Below, piece by piece: positions 1-8,770 of a stretch of 50,062 bases of DNA. The position numbers and the translations under genes were made by a program. The notes beneath the pieces are model-generated. The model saw nothing but the letters and a program-made list of their open reading frames with translations, was not told the DNA's origin and searched no databases. The DNA is from an uncultured Elusimicrobiaceae bacterium (GTDB lineage Bacteria; Elusimicrobiota; Elusimicrobia; Elusimicrobiales; UBA9959): positions 1-50,062 of the forward strand of contig CAZHQC010000002.1 of assembly GCA_964534135.1 (NCBI GenBank), in the 5' to 3' direction. The first letter of the stretch is position 1. The number at the start of each line of letters is the position of its first letter.

Positions 1-135
1 CTATTTTACAACAGACTTTTAACTTTTTTGTTGCACTAGCGTTTAGAACTCATGTTCTTTTTCCGTTGAAACAAAAAATTAATATCTATTTTCTATAGTA
101 TAAGAGTAGGATAAAAATAAAAGGAGGATGGTATT

Positions 136-624
136 ATGAAAACTCTAAAAACTCTTACAATTTTGGCCATTGCCATTCTTATATTACCCACCTTTTTAGC
201 TGCAAAAATGGTGAGTATTGCAACATCAAAAGCAAATGTAAGAACAGGCCCAAGCGTCGGGTATGATCTTTTATGGACAGTCGCTAAATATACGCCTTTT
301 AAAATTTTGGAATCCCAAGGAAGGTGGCACAAAGTAAAAGATTTTGAGGGCGATATAGCCTGGATACACAACTCCGTGCTTTCCGATGCACCTTGTGTCA
401 TAGTGAAGACGAAGGGAGTCAATTTAAGAGAAGACCCGGGCAGCAAAGAAATTTTATGGATTCTTGGAAAAACTTTTCCTTTGAAATTTATTGAAAAAAA
501 GGGAAATTGGCTTCACGTGAAAGGCAAAGGTGTAAACGGTTGGTTGCACAATTCAACTGTATGGGGATTCATAGAAAAATCAAAGCCAGAAAAGAAATAT
601 TTCCTTAAGAAATTAATCAACTAA
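136..624 (+). CDS. secreted protein with two bacterial SH3 (SH3b) domains
   Basis: AAGGAGG RBS upstream of the ATG. N-terminal signal-like segment LTILAIAILILPTFLAA. Two copies of the SH3b pattern (ANVRTGPS...W.V...PF.I....G.WHKV...GWIHNS and VNLREDPGS...GNWLHVKG..VNGWLHNS). Confidence 0.7.
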   Translation: MKTLKTLTILAIAILILPTFLAAKMVSIATSKANVRTGPSVGYDLLWTVAKYTPFKILESQGRWHKVKDFEGDIAWIHNSVLSDAPCVIVKTKGVNLREDPGSKEILWILGKTFPLKFIEKKGNWLHVKGKGVNGWLHNSTVWGFIEKSKPEKKYFLKKLIN

Positions 625-822
625 GATATTAGGAAATTCCTCAACTTTCTAAACTTTATACATTTTCAATCTTAATAGCGATATTATAAGGCCCTTTGAC
701 CTTTACACCGATATAATCGGCCTGTTCTAAAACCTCATTAATCTGTTTATCAATTTCCTTTTAAATCAAAAAAGTCTAATAAACGCTGGGTATTCGATAT
801 AATGAGATAAAAGCCTGAAACG

Positions 823-975
823 ATGAAAAAAGGTCGGACAGCCATAAGGAACCCGCAATCAAACGGAATTGCCGAGGTGTTTTTCGACAGCTTTAAGTGG
901 GATTATATATGGCAAAGCGAATTACAGAACTATGATGAAGTTTCAAGGAAGATAGGGAAGTGGATAAAAGAGTAA
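823..975 (+). pseudogene. IS3-type DDE transposase (rve) fragment, C-terminal part only
   Basis: My translation is MKKGRTAIRNPQSNGIAEVFFDSFKWDYIWQSELQNYDEVSRKIGKWIKE*. This matches the P-Q-x-N-G-x-x-E-x-F-F-x-x-(L/F)-K block of IS3/rve integrase cores. It is only 50 codons with no N-terminal catalytic region. Confidence 0.6.
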
Positions 976-985
976 AACTTCAGAT

Positions 986-1165
986 AATCGTGGAAAGTAT
1001 GGCCGACTTTTAAGATATATTGAAATTGACGGCAAAGATATCGGGGCCGAATTAATAAAACAAGGCTTTGCCTTTTCCTATAAAAAATATCCACATGAAA
1101 GATTTACGAAATACAACCAATTTAAAACCAAAACAATTAAAAATTAAAGCGGCTTATGGTCCGAT
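986..1165 (+). pseudogene. thermonuclease (SNase-like) 3' fragment with an in-frame stop
   Basis: My translation is NRGKYGRLLRYIEIDGKDIGAELIKQGFAFSYKKY...KTIKN*SGLWSD. It resembles the SNase C-terminal half (D-x-YGR-x-L-x-Y...G.D...ELv.qGlA ... GLWS). The N-terminus is missing and a TAA at 1145-1147 interrupts the frame. Confidence 0.55.
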
Positions 1166-1279
1166 ACTTGTAATTATAATAATGATAAAAAAGTTACTCC
1201 TAAACCAAAGAGAAAAAACTTTATTTTGCTATTTTCTCAAAAATTGTTTTAATAAGGTTGATGAAAATATGGGAGAAAT

Positions 1280-1864
1280 ATGAAAAATATACAAAAAATA
1301 CTTACTTTAATCTTTATAATAACAGTTTTAATTTCTTGTAATAAACCAAGTATTGAAAAAGCGGAAATTTTAATCAAAGCGCAGAAATATGATGAAGCTA
1401 TCAAAATTATTCGCCCGATGGCTGAAGAAGGTTTTGAAAAGGCACAGAATCATTTAGGTGTTAGGTATAACTTGGGACAAGGTGTTACGCAAGATTATAA
1501 GGAAGCAATAAAATGGTATACGAAAGCGGCTGAGCAAGGTTTAGCTAATGCGCAATTTAATTTAGGTGGTATGTATTACCTTGGACAAGGTGTTACGCAA
1601 GATTATAAGGAAGCCATAAGATGGTATACAAAAGCAGCAGAGCAAGGTTTAGCTGATGCGCAATTTAATTTAGGGAGTATATATAGAAGGGGACAAGGTG
1701 TTACACAAGATTATGTTGAAGCTCATAAATGGATAAATCTTTCTGCTGTTCAAAATACTAAAGCCATCGTGGATAGAAATAAAATTGAAACAGAAATGAC
1801 AAAGGCACAAATTGCTAAGGCGCAAAAATTAGCTTCGGAATTTGTCGTAAAAAAAGAAAAATAA
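1280..1864 (+). CDS. Sel1-repeat (SLR/TPR-like) lipoprotein
   Basis: Lipoprotein signal with lipobox LISC. Three near-identical Sel1 repeats (GQGVTQDYKEAI(K/R)WYTKAAEQGLA.AQFNLG). Confidence 0.85.
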   Translation: MKNIQKILTLIFIITVLISCNKPSIEKAEILIKAQKYDEAIKIIRPMAEEGFEKAQNHLGVRYNLGQGVTQDYKEAIKWYTKAAEQGLANAQFNLGGMYYLGQGVTQDYKEAIRWYTKAAEQGLADAQFNLGSIYRRGQGVTQDYVEAHKWINLSAVQNTKAIVDRNKIETEMTKAQIAKAQKLASEFVVKKEK

Positions 1865-1945
1865 TAAAATTTGTGTGTTATAAATAACAACTTTTACTTA
1901 TAGAAATCCTAGTTGTAAATTATTCACGAGGAGAATTTATGGAAA
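1861..1945. repeat. about 85-nt intergenic spacer, copy 1 of 2
   Basis: ataataaaatttgtgtgttataaata.caactttta.ttatagaaat.ct.gtt.(t/c)aaattattcacgaggagaatttatggaaaa recurs almost identically at 2565-2649. It carries the GAGGAG RBS and start codon of the next gene. Confidence 0.8.
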
Positions 1946-2568
1946 ATATAAAAAAAATACTCGCTTTAGTTTTCATGATAACAATTTTAATTTCTTGTAA
2001 TAAACCAACTTTAAAAGAGGCGGAAGTTTTGATTAAAGCAGCGAAATATAAGGAAGCTATAAAAATCATTCGCCCTCTTGCTAAAAAAGGTAATGACAAT
2101 GCGCAATTTGATTTAGGTTCTATGTATTACCTTGGAAAAGGTGTTAAACAAGATTATAAAAAAGCAATAAAATGGCATACGAAAGCGGCTGAGCAAGGTT
2201 ATGCTAAGTCTCAGTATAATTTAGGAGGTATATATTTTTATGGACAAGGTGTTACGCAAGATTATAAGGAAGCCATAAAATGGCATACAAAAGCAGCTAA
2301 TCAAGGGTATCCTGAGGCTCAATTTTCTTTGGGTATTATTTATGATAGGGGAGAGGAAGATTTTCTTATGATGGATCCAACTTTGACTAAACATCAACTG
2401 CGTGTAACTAAAAATTATGTTGAAGCATATAAATGGTATTATCTCGCTGCTTCTCAAAATGAAAGACATGCAGAATATAGAGATGACCTTGGTAAAAAAA
2501 TGACAAAAGAGCAAATTGCTGAGGCTAAAAAACTAGCTTTTGAGTTTGTCGCAAAAAAAGAAAAATAA
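1939..2568 (+). CDS. Sel1-repeat lipoprotein, tandem paralog
   Basis: Same lipoprotein signal (MITILISCNKP) and same Sel1 repeat units (DYK(K/E)AIKWHTKAA.QGY). The C-terminal MTKEQIAEAKKLAFEFVAKKEK is homologous to the end of 1280..1864. Confidence 0.85.
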   Translation: MENIKKILALVFMITILISCNKPTLKEAEVLIKAAKYKEAIKIIRPLAKKGNDNAQFDLGSMYYLGKGVKQDYKKAIKWHTKAAEQGYAKSQYNLGGIYFYGQGVTQDYKEAIKWHTKAANQGYPEAQFSLGIIYDRGEEDFLMMDPTLTKHQLRVTKNYVEAYKWYYLAASQNERHAEYRDDLGKKMTKEQIAEAKKLAFEFVAKKEK

Positions 2569-2649
2569 TAAAATTTGTGTGTTATAAATAGCAACTTTTA
2601 TTTATAGAAATTCTGTTTGCAAATTATTCACGAGGAGAATTTATGGAAA
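2565..2649. repeat. about 85-nt intergenic spacer, copy 2 of 2
   Basis: Near-identical to 1861-1945. Here it precedes an unrelated ORF (2643..3101). Confidence 0.8.
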
Positions 2650-3101
2650 ACAAAAAAATTGAAGAAGAAGTTGGAGCGGCAATTGGAGTTATGGCGCAAT
2701 TAGGAAAATGGGGTAAAATGGATAGTTCTATGACTGATTTTGGTGTTTATGGTAATGATGCTATTCTTTTACAAGAAGTAGGAGAATTGCTTAGCACAAA
2801 ATTTACTGTGAAGTTTATAGCTTTAAATTCTAACTATTGTACGCTCGGAGAAGAACTTTTAGAAGAATTAGATAGAACACTACAGACACTTTATTTTATT
2901 GTTACTGATCAGACAAAACATTATATTGATCAGTGGGTATTATTGGGTAAATCTTTTTCTAATATGGAATTTGAAAAAATGTTCAAGACATTAGATCTTG
3001 TTAGATATAAACTATTTAGTTTAAAACAAAGGTTTGAGGGCAAAGATTTTTATTCTATGATAATTAAAATGGATGAATATTTTCCGGTGGTCCAATCTTA
3101 A
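2643..3101 (+). CDS. hypothetical protein
   Basis: 152-aa ORF with GAGGAG RBS supplied by the repeated spacer. I recognise no motif. Confidence 0.45.
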   Translation: MENKKIEEEVGAAIGVMAQLGKWGKMDSSMTDFGVYGNDAILLQEVGELLSTKFTVKFIALNSNYCTLGEELLEELDRTLQTLYFIVTDQTKHYIDQWVLLGKSFSNMEFEKMFKTLDLVRYKLFSLKQRFEGKDFYSMIIKMDEYFPVVQS

Positions 3102-3137
3102 AGGTAATTATCAAGAATACTTAACTGAAAATATAGA

Positions 3138-3170
3138 AATATAACAAAATGCGTAAATTGTTATATTTTG
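3138..3170 (+). terminator. candidate intrinsic terminator
   Basis: 10-bp inverted repeat aatataacaa / ttgttatatt (3138-3147 / 3158-3167) followed by ttttg. The stem is AT-only, so it is weak. Confidence 0.3.
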
Positions 3171-3232
3171 CTGAAAAAAAAGTAAGATTTTATTTTTCTA
3201 TATCGGTTTTTGGAGATTTATTCAGTTCTTAA

Positions 3233-3334
3233 GTGGGGCACAATAATTTATTGTGGTATAATACTGAAAAGCCGCACAGGGGGCTTGAAGGGAAAACGCC
3301 GATGGAGAATTTTTTCAAAGGAGCGGTTCCTTGA
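3233..3334 (+). pseudogene. DDE transposase extreme C-terminal relic
   Basis: My translation is VGHNNLLWYNTEKPHRGLEGKTPMENFFKGAVP*. W-YN-x-x-(K/R)-PH-x-x-L-x-G-K-T-P is the classic C-terminal tail of IS3/IS481-type integrases. An in-frame TAA lies directly upstream. Confidence 0.55.
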
Positions 3335-3408
3335 TTCAAAAAAGCCCAATATGTATGGACATCGTACAACCCCTTGAAAAATTTATAAAAATTTGGTAAA
3401 AATAATTA

Positions 3409-4582
3409 GTGACAGTTTTAGGATTTGAGAACAGAATTAGAAAATTTTTTTACGCGTTGTGCCTGACTTTGGTTTGCGTTGTGGTATCCCCTTTATCCGT
3501 ATACTCCGAAAATTATTCCGTTTCATACCTTTGGCATTCCGATTTATCCAAGATTTCTGTGTATAAGAAAAAGATTCTTGTATTCTCGACTCGGATTGTA
3601 AGCAGAATTCATAGCCACCTTTTGAAATCGTCCGGACTTGAACCGGCCGTCGTCATAAAATCGAGAGATTGGAAACCTCAAAATAAGAAGATTGCCTTGC
3701 CCGAGCGTTTAGCGAGCGGAGCTCAAGCAAAAAAAATCACTTCCAAGCCCGAGGACCCTTTGGAAGACGAAATAGAAAAATATATTAAGAGCCAGCGTCG
3801 CCGCGGCGTAATCAGATCTAACGAGCGCACTGCCTGGGTAGTTTACGATTTTAAAACGGATAAAAAAATTGTCAGTATAAACGAAGATGTCCCCATGGAG
3901 GCTGCCAGTCTGATTAAACCTTTTATCGCCCTCGCGTTTTTTCGGGGGGGTGGAATCGGGGAAATATATTTACGGAAAAAAATCGCGGAGATTAATGGAA
4001 AAAATGATACGCAAATCCGACAACCCCTCGGCCGATTGGTTTTTGAGGTTAATGGGCGGACCTCGTTCCGTGCAAAAGATTCTTAAAAAATACTACGGCG
4101 GGATATTTAAAAATACGCGTCTGTTGGGATATATTCGGGCCAACGGGAGGACTTACCGCAACAAAGCTTCCGCTCACGATTACAGCCGTTTCCTTTATTC
4201 TCTCTGGAAAGACAAACTGTCTGGGTCCAAAGAAATCAAGAGGCTTATGAATCTTCCCAATGCCGACAGATTTTACACTTCAACTCCCGGAGTTCCCAAA
4301 GGCACCGAGGTTTACGATAAAACAGGGACAACGTCTCATCTTTGCGGAAATATGGGCATACTTGTGGCCCAACGCGAGGACGGAAGGGAGTATCCGTATA
4401 TCGTAGTCGGAATTATAGAAAAGGACAGCAAGGCGCGGAATTATTCGAGATGGATGCGCACCAGGGGGGATATAATAAGGCATGTTTCGGAAATAACTTA
4501 CGAAAGAATATCCGGCCACCACAAATTTGAGGATTTCGAATCTCTTACCGCGAGTTCCGGCGGAAGCGAAAAGCAAGAATAA
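3409..4582 (+). pseudogene. beta-lactamase/penicillin-binding-superfamily serine hydrolase, split by a frameshift in a G7 run
   Basis: Two overlapping ORFs (3409..4086 and 3950..4582). SxxK (ASLIKPF) is in the first. SDN (IRKSDNPSADW) and KTG (YDKTGTTSH) are in the second. Removing one G from the G7 run at 3944-3950 fuses them in frame (..AFFRG-VESGKYIYGKK..). Confidence 0.65.
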
Positions 4583-4706
4583 CCAATGGTTTAAGAAAAA
4601 ACAAAAAGAGTTTATGTAGTGTTCTATATGCTCTGCATTTTTATTATTATTCCTATAATTCTCATAACGATTTCAAAATTATTTTAAGTAATTTAGGGGA
4701 AATAGT

Positions 4707-5387
4707 ATGTTTGATAATTTAATTAAGTTTTGGAAGGGTGATGACTTTCTTTCCACGGTTCTTGATGAATTTCAAGAAATGTTGGTGGACTCTCAAAGAA
4801 TATTCACCTGTGTTTTTAAGTTTCTGGTGGAAAATAAAGAAACTCCGGGCCTTGAAGAAAAAGTTTTTGCCATTGATAAAAAAGTTAATCAGCTTGAAAG
4901 AGATATTAGGACAAGGATAATAGCTCATTTGGCAATTCGCCCCGAAGTAGATACAAGTATGTCTCTTTTGCTTATGAGCGTCATTAAAGACGCTGAAAGA
5001 TTGGGGGATTATGGCAAAAATCTTTTCGGCGTTAGCCAGATTCTTGACAAGCCCATAGAAAAAGCCAAATATCATGCATATTTTGGAGATATTGATAAAG
5101 ATATAATAAAACTTTTTGAAGACACCAAAAACGCTTTTATGGATAATGATAAAGGTAAGGCAGCCAAGTCCTGGAAATATGAAAATAAAATAGTTAAATT
5201 CTGTGATGAGGTTATACTTAAATTAGCCAAGAGCGATGATCTTTCAACAAATGAAGTTGTCTCTTATACGCTTATAGCCAGGTATTATAAAAGAATAGCT
5301 GCCCATTTGGCCAATATTGCAACTTCCGTAATATTGCCTTTAAATGATTTGGATTTCTACGACGAAAAACAAAAACCTCTAAAGTAA
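4707..5387 (+). CDS. PhoU-family protein
   Basis: 226 aa with two PhoU-type repeats: D.KVNQLERDIR....L...P...D......SVIKDAERLGDYGKNL and a second ending ..ARYYKRIAAHLANIATSV. Confidence 0.7.
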   Translation: MFDNLIKFWKGDDFLSTVLDEFQEMLVDSQRIFTCVFKFLVENKETPGLEEKVFAIDKKVNQLERDIRTRIIAHLAIRPEVDTSMSLLLMSVIKDAERLGDYGKNLFGVSQILDKPIEKAKYHAYFGDIDKDIIKLFEDTKNAFMDNDKGKAAKSWKYENKIVKFCDEVILKLAKSDDLSTNEVVSYTLIARYYKRIAAHLANIATSVILPLNDLDFYDEKQKPLK

Positions 5388-5596
5388 AAAATAAAATAAC
5401 AATATCATAAATAAAGTGAGAAAAGTTAGAAACCCGGGCAGCTTATTACACATTACTACTAGCCTTATTTACATAGACTATCGCAATCATCAAGGTGAGC
5501 TTAATAGCTTTGCTTCATAAATTTCGCAACACTATCTCTGGATGACCGCCAAGGTTTGCCGGCGGCCACCAGAGCGCACACCGGAGTTTTTAAAAA

Positions 5597-5847
5597 AGGC
5601 CAAAAATAGCCATAGTCATTTTTCTTTTGTTATGGGCATTTAATAGTGCCTAAAATAAGCCTATTTAAAATTAAAATTCTAAATAAAATGTATACTACCT
5701 AAGTGATAAAAATACTTTTAATTAAAAATAAATGGCTTAGCATTATCATCTCATTGACTCTTCTGATCATAATTGCCTACTTTGATGTTATCACTGGTAA
5801 TGTAATAGTTTCACTGTTTTACCTTATTCCTATACTGATTATAACTT
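5597..5847. repeat. 251-bp direct repeat, copy 1 (kinase upstream region plus first ~48 codons)
   Basis: Aligns by eye base-for-base with scattered substitutions to 7394-7644. Shared stretches include aggcc.aaaatagccatag, ctatttaaaattaaaattctaaataaaatgtatacta and gtaatagtttcactgttttacctt.ttcctatactgattataactt. Confidence 0.85.
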
Positions 5848-6737
5848 GGACTATAAATTATTACTGGGGAATATTATTTGCGCTTGTTTCATCTTCCTTA
5901 TGGTTTATTATGGCTAAAATGAGTGAAAGGATTTATATTAATTATTCCACACCTTATTGGAATGCCCTAACAAGTTTTTCTTTTTTCGTAATAATAAGTT
6001 TTTCCATATATAAAATTAAAGAACTCCTAAATAAAGAAAAACGAATTTCAAAACTTAATTCGGACATGCTTTCCGCCGTAAGCCATGAGTTTAATAATCT
6101 CCTGACTGGAATACACTTAAGCTCATATCTTCTTGAAGAAGATGAAGGAAAAAACATAAAAGCCAAAAGAATAAAACTTTACAATATGCAACATCAAAAT
6201 TATTCTGCCATGAAGGAGCAAATAAACACATTTTTAAATAAAGCGAGATTTGAATCCGGCAAAATAAAACCATTCCTTCAACGAGCTGAGATAGGAGATC
6301 TTATAGATAAAACCATAAATCTTTTACTTCCTCTAACATTAAACCAAGAACTAACTATTGTAAAAAAATTTCCTATAAATATTATTTCCGTAAAATGCGA
6401 TATTGACCTTATGAATTTGGCCGTATCAAATCTTATAAGCAATGCAATTAAATACTCTCCAAAAGATAAAGACATCTATGTCTCCATCAAACAGATAAAG
6501 GAAGATGAAGTGGAAATATCTGTTGAAGATAATGGTATAGGAATAAAGAAAAAAGAGTTTAATAAAATTTTCGGCGATTTTTACAGAACCACTGACGGGA
6601 AAGACCAGGCAAAAGGTTTCGGAATAGGATTAAGATTGACAAGGGACATTTTAAAGCTTCATAATTCCACACTGCAGTTAAAATCCGAAAAAGGCAAAGG
6701 AAGTAAGTTTTATTTTAACCTTCCGATATATAAATAA
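5703..6737 (+). CDS. sensor histidine kinase
   Basis: GTG start. N-terminal TM helices. H-box SAVSHEFNNLLTGI, N-box LISNAIKYS, G1 VEDNGIGI, G2 GFGIGL. Confidence 0.85.
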   Translation: MIKILLIKNKWLSIIISLTLLIIIAYFDVITGNVIVSLFYLIPILIITWTINYYWGILFALVSSSLWFIMAKMSERIYINYSTPYWNALTSFSFFVIISFSIYKIKELLNKEKRISKLNSDMLSAVSHEFNNLLTGIHLSSYLLEEDEGKNIKAKRIKLYNMQHQNYSAMKEQINTFLNKARFESGKIKPFLQRAEIGDLIDKTINLLLPLTLNQELTIVKKFPINIISVKCDIDLMNLAVSNLISNAIKYSPKDKDIYVSIKQIKEDEVEISVEDNGIGIKKKEFNKIFGDFYRTTDGKDQAKGFGIGLRLTRDILKLHNSTLQLKSEKGKGSKFYFNLPIYK

Positions 6738-6742
6738 ATTCC

Positions 6743-6808
6743 GCAGAGCAAATTGCTGAGGCGCAAAAATTAGTTTCTGAGTTTGTGCCGGAAAAAAAGA
6801 AGAAATAA
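6743..6808 (+). pseudogene. 3' relic of a third Sel1-repeat gene
   Basis: It translates to AEQIAEAQKLVSEFVPEKKKK*. This is homologous at DNA and protein level to the last ~20 codons of 1280..1864 and 1939..2568 (..AQIAKAQKLASEFVVKKEK* and ..EQIAEAKKLAFEFVAKKEK*). It sits immediately after the kinase stop. Confidence 0.65.
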
Positions 6809-6819
6809 AAAAATATTCT

Positions 6820-7239
6820 TTATTCTTTTTCAACATGCCAAGGTTTATCGTCCGAAGTATCATGGTTTACTTTGTGGTCACAAGTTTTCTTTACACCACG
6901 AGCTATTTCTCGTATTTCTGATACCTTAAAAGGTTTGGTTAAATAACCAGTAGCTCCCATTTGTATTGTCTTGAGAGCAATATCTAGATCCTCTTCCCCT
7001 GTAAGCATCCAAATTGTAGTCGATATTTTAGTTGTTTTGATAAGTGCTAAAACATCAAGGCCTGATAAGCCGGGCATTGTGATATCCAGAAAAACCAGAA
7101 TTGGCCTCTCTCGTTTCAATATTTCTACGGCTTCTTTTCCTTCCGAGGCGGTGAATACTAAAAAATCTTCAGAAAAAATGGTTTTAACAGCTTCTTGTAT
7201 GGATTTTTCATCATCCACTATTAACATTTTGTCTTTCAT
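6820..7239 (-). CDS. single-domain response regulator (receiver only)
   Basis: MLIVDDE, phospho-acceptor context VFLDITMPGLSGLDVL, and GYLTKPF. There is no output domain. Confidence 0.85.
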   Translation of the reverse strand: MKDKMLIVDDEKSIQEAVKTIFSEDFLVFTASEGKEAVEILKRERPILVFLDITMPGLSGLDVLALIKTTKISTTIWMLTGEEDLDIALKTIQMGATGYLTKPFKVSEIREIARGVKKTCDHKVNHDTSDDKPWHVEKE

Positions 7240-7393
7240 TTATGTCTCCCAACTTGTAGTACTGGAAATTATTTTTATATAAGTCCAAATATTAGAATAG
7301 TTTTTTATTCCCGCAAATAATCCCTACAACCATGTTACTTTTTCTAGCGAAATAATTCAAAATATTTTGAGATTTTTGTGAGTATAAAAAAAT

Positions 7394-7644
7394 AGGCCGA
7401 AAATAGCCATAGCCACTTTTCTTTTGTTATAGAGATTTAACAGTATCTAAAATAAACCTATTTAAAATTAAAATTCTAAATAAAATGTATACTATTTAAA
7501 TGATAAAAATGCTTTTAATTAAAAAGAAATGGCTTAACATTATCATCTCATTGGCTCTTCTTTTACTAATTACCTACCTTGATCTCATCACTGGCAATGT
7601 AATAGTTTCACTGTTTTACCTTGTTCCTATACTGATTATAACTT
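7394..7644. repeat. 251-bp direct repeat, copy 2
   Basis: See 5597-5847. Confidence 0.85.
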
Positions 7645-7751
7645 TTGCTTTAGTATATTTTTTCCTCGTGAAAGTTTTACCACAACAAAATTTATCGGCA
7701 CTCTGTTTGTTTGCTCCGGCGTTTTTTTCCTTTCTAAGTAATAAAGATTAG
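7500..7751 (+). pseudogene. truncated duplicate of the histidine kinase N-terminus
   Basis: The first ~48 aa (MIKMLLIKKKWLNIIISLALLLLITYLDLITGNVIVSLFYLVPILIIT) parallel the kinase N-terminus. Homology stops at 7644 and the ORF ends after 83 aa with no catalytic domains. Confidence 0.6.
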
Positions 7752-7765
7752 TTTAAGGGGGAAGT

Positions 7766-8770
7766 ATGAAAAATATTTTTAAACTTTTTTATGTGATTTT
7801 TATATCGATAATATTTTCCTCCTGTAAAAAATCTCCTCAGCTGCAAATACCTGCCATGAGTCAGCCGGAACATTTTAGTTTTGAAATCTCTTTACCTCTA
7901 TCAGAGCGAATAAAACCTATGCCAGAGTCTTTGCTTCGTTTATATCGCCAAATGGATAATAGGCCGGACTATGAGGCGTATAAACTCAGTGCTGTCGATA
8001 AAAGCCTTGTGCTTGAGTATCTATCCTTTCTCCCTTCCATATATCAAAAAGTTTTTAGAGACAATTGCGTAGGTATTTATTTTATTGAAGGTTTTATAGG
8101 TAATGGTATTGCAAGTTGGGTAGCGGGCCGAGATAATAAAGTTTATTTTCATATAACGCTTAATCCCGCTTCGCTAAAAGACAGTCTTTCTAAAACTTTA
8201 ACTGAAAGAGATAGAAGTTGTTTTATTCCTGCTCAAGGAAAAAATATTACTATTGATGCAGGCACTAAATATAAAGGTCTTGCTTATGCCCTCTTTCATG
8301 AGGCAACTCATGCTGTGGACTATGTAAAAGGTGTAACCCCTTTTGTGGAAAGAAATCTTCCTAAAAAATATTGGCCAAAAAGAAATATTAAAGAAAATAT
8401 ATTTTTTAACTTTTGGAAGGATTATGATTTACCGCTAAAGGAAAAGGATTATGTAGGACGGACTAAAATTACATTTTACACTCTTGATAATGGTCCAAAA
8501 CTCAAAATGAAAGAAGCCTCGGTTATTTATAAGGGTCTTGCAAGGAGTTCTTTTATTTCTTTATATGGCTCAAAAAATTGGGCGGAAGATTTAGCTGAAA
8601 TGGCTACATTTCAAATGATAACCGCCAAACTTGGCCAGCCTTATATTGTCACACTTAGCGGCTTTGCAAAAGAAGATATAGTTTATAAACCGATGTCTTC
8701 AAATAGAGGAAAAAGAGCTGCTGAAATTATGAAGATATTGGAATCTATTCCAGTAGGCTCTGAGAAATAA
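7766..8770 (+). CDS. lipoprotein with an HExxH motif (putative zinc metallopeptidase)
   Basis: Signal peptide with lipobox FSSC. ALFHEATHAVDY contains HExxH. I recognise no further family. Confidence 0.5.
   Translation: MKNIFKLFYVIFISIIFSSCKKSPQLQIPAMSQPEHFSFEISLPLSERIKPMPESLLRLYRQMDNRPDYEAYKLSAVDKSLVLEYLSFLPSIYQKVFRDNCVGIYFIEGFIGNGIASWVAGRDNKVYFHITLNPASLKDSLSKTLTERDRSCFIPAQGKNITIDAGTKYKGLAYALFHEATHAVDYVKGVTPFVERNLPKKYWPKRNIKENIFFNFWKDYDLPLKEKDYVGRTKITFYTLDNGPKLKMKEASVIYKGLARSSFISLYGSKNWAEDLAEMATFQMITAKLGQPYIVTLSGFAKEDIVYKPMSSNRGKRAAEIMKILESIPVGSEK

Noticed and set aside
40-55. 13-nt word agcgtttagaact shared between 40-52 and about 33409-33421 as a possible regulatory box
   Set aside because: A single exact 13-mer match is within chance expectation for a 50-kb AT-biased window, and no further copies or palindromic structure were seen.
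1068-1283. 71-aa ORF (MPFPIKNIHMKDLRNTTNLKPKQ...)
   Set aside because: It runs out of frame across the thermonuclease relic and AT-rich spacer. It has no RBS and a low-complexity sequence, so it is most likely spurious.
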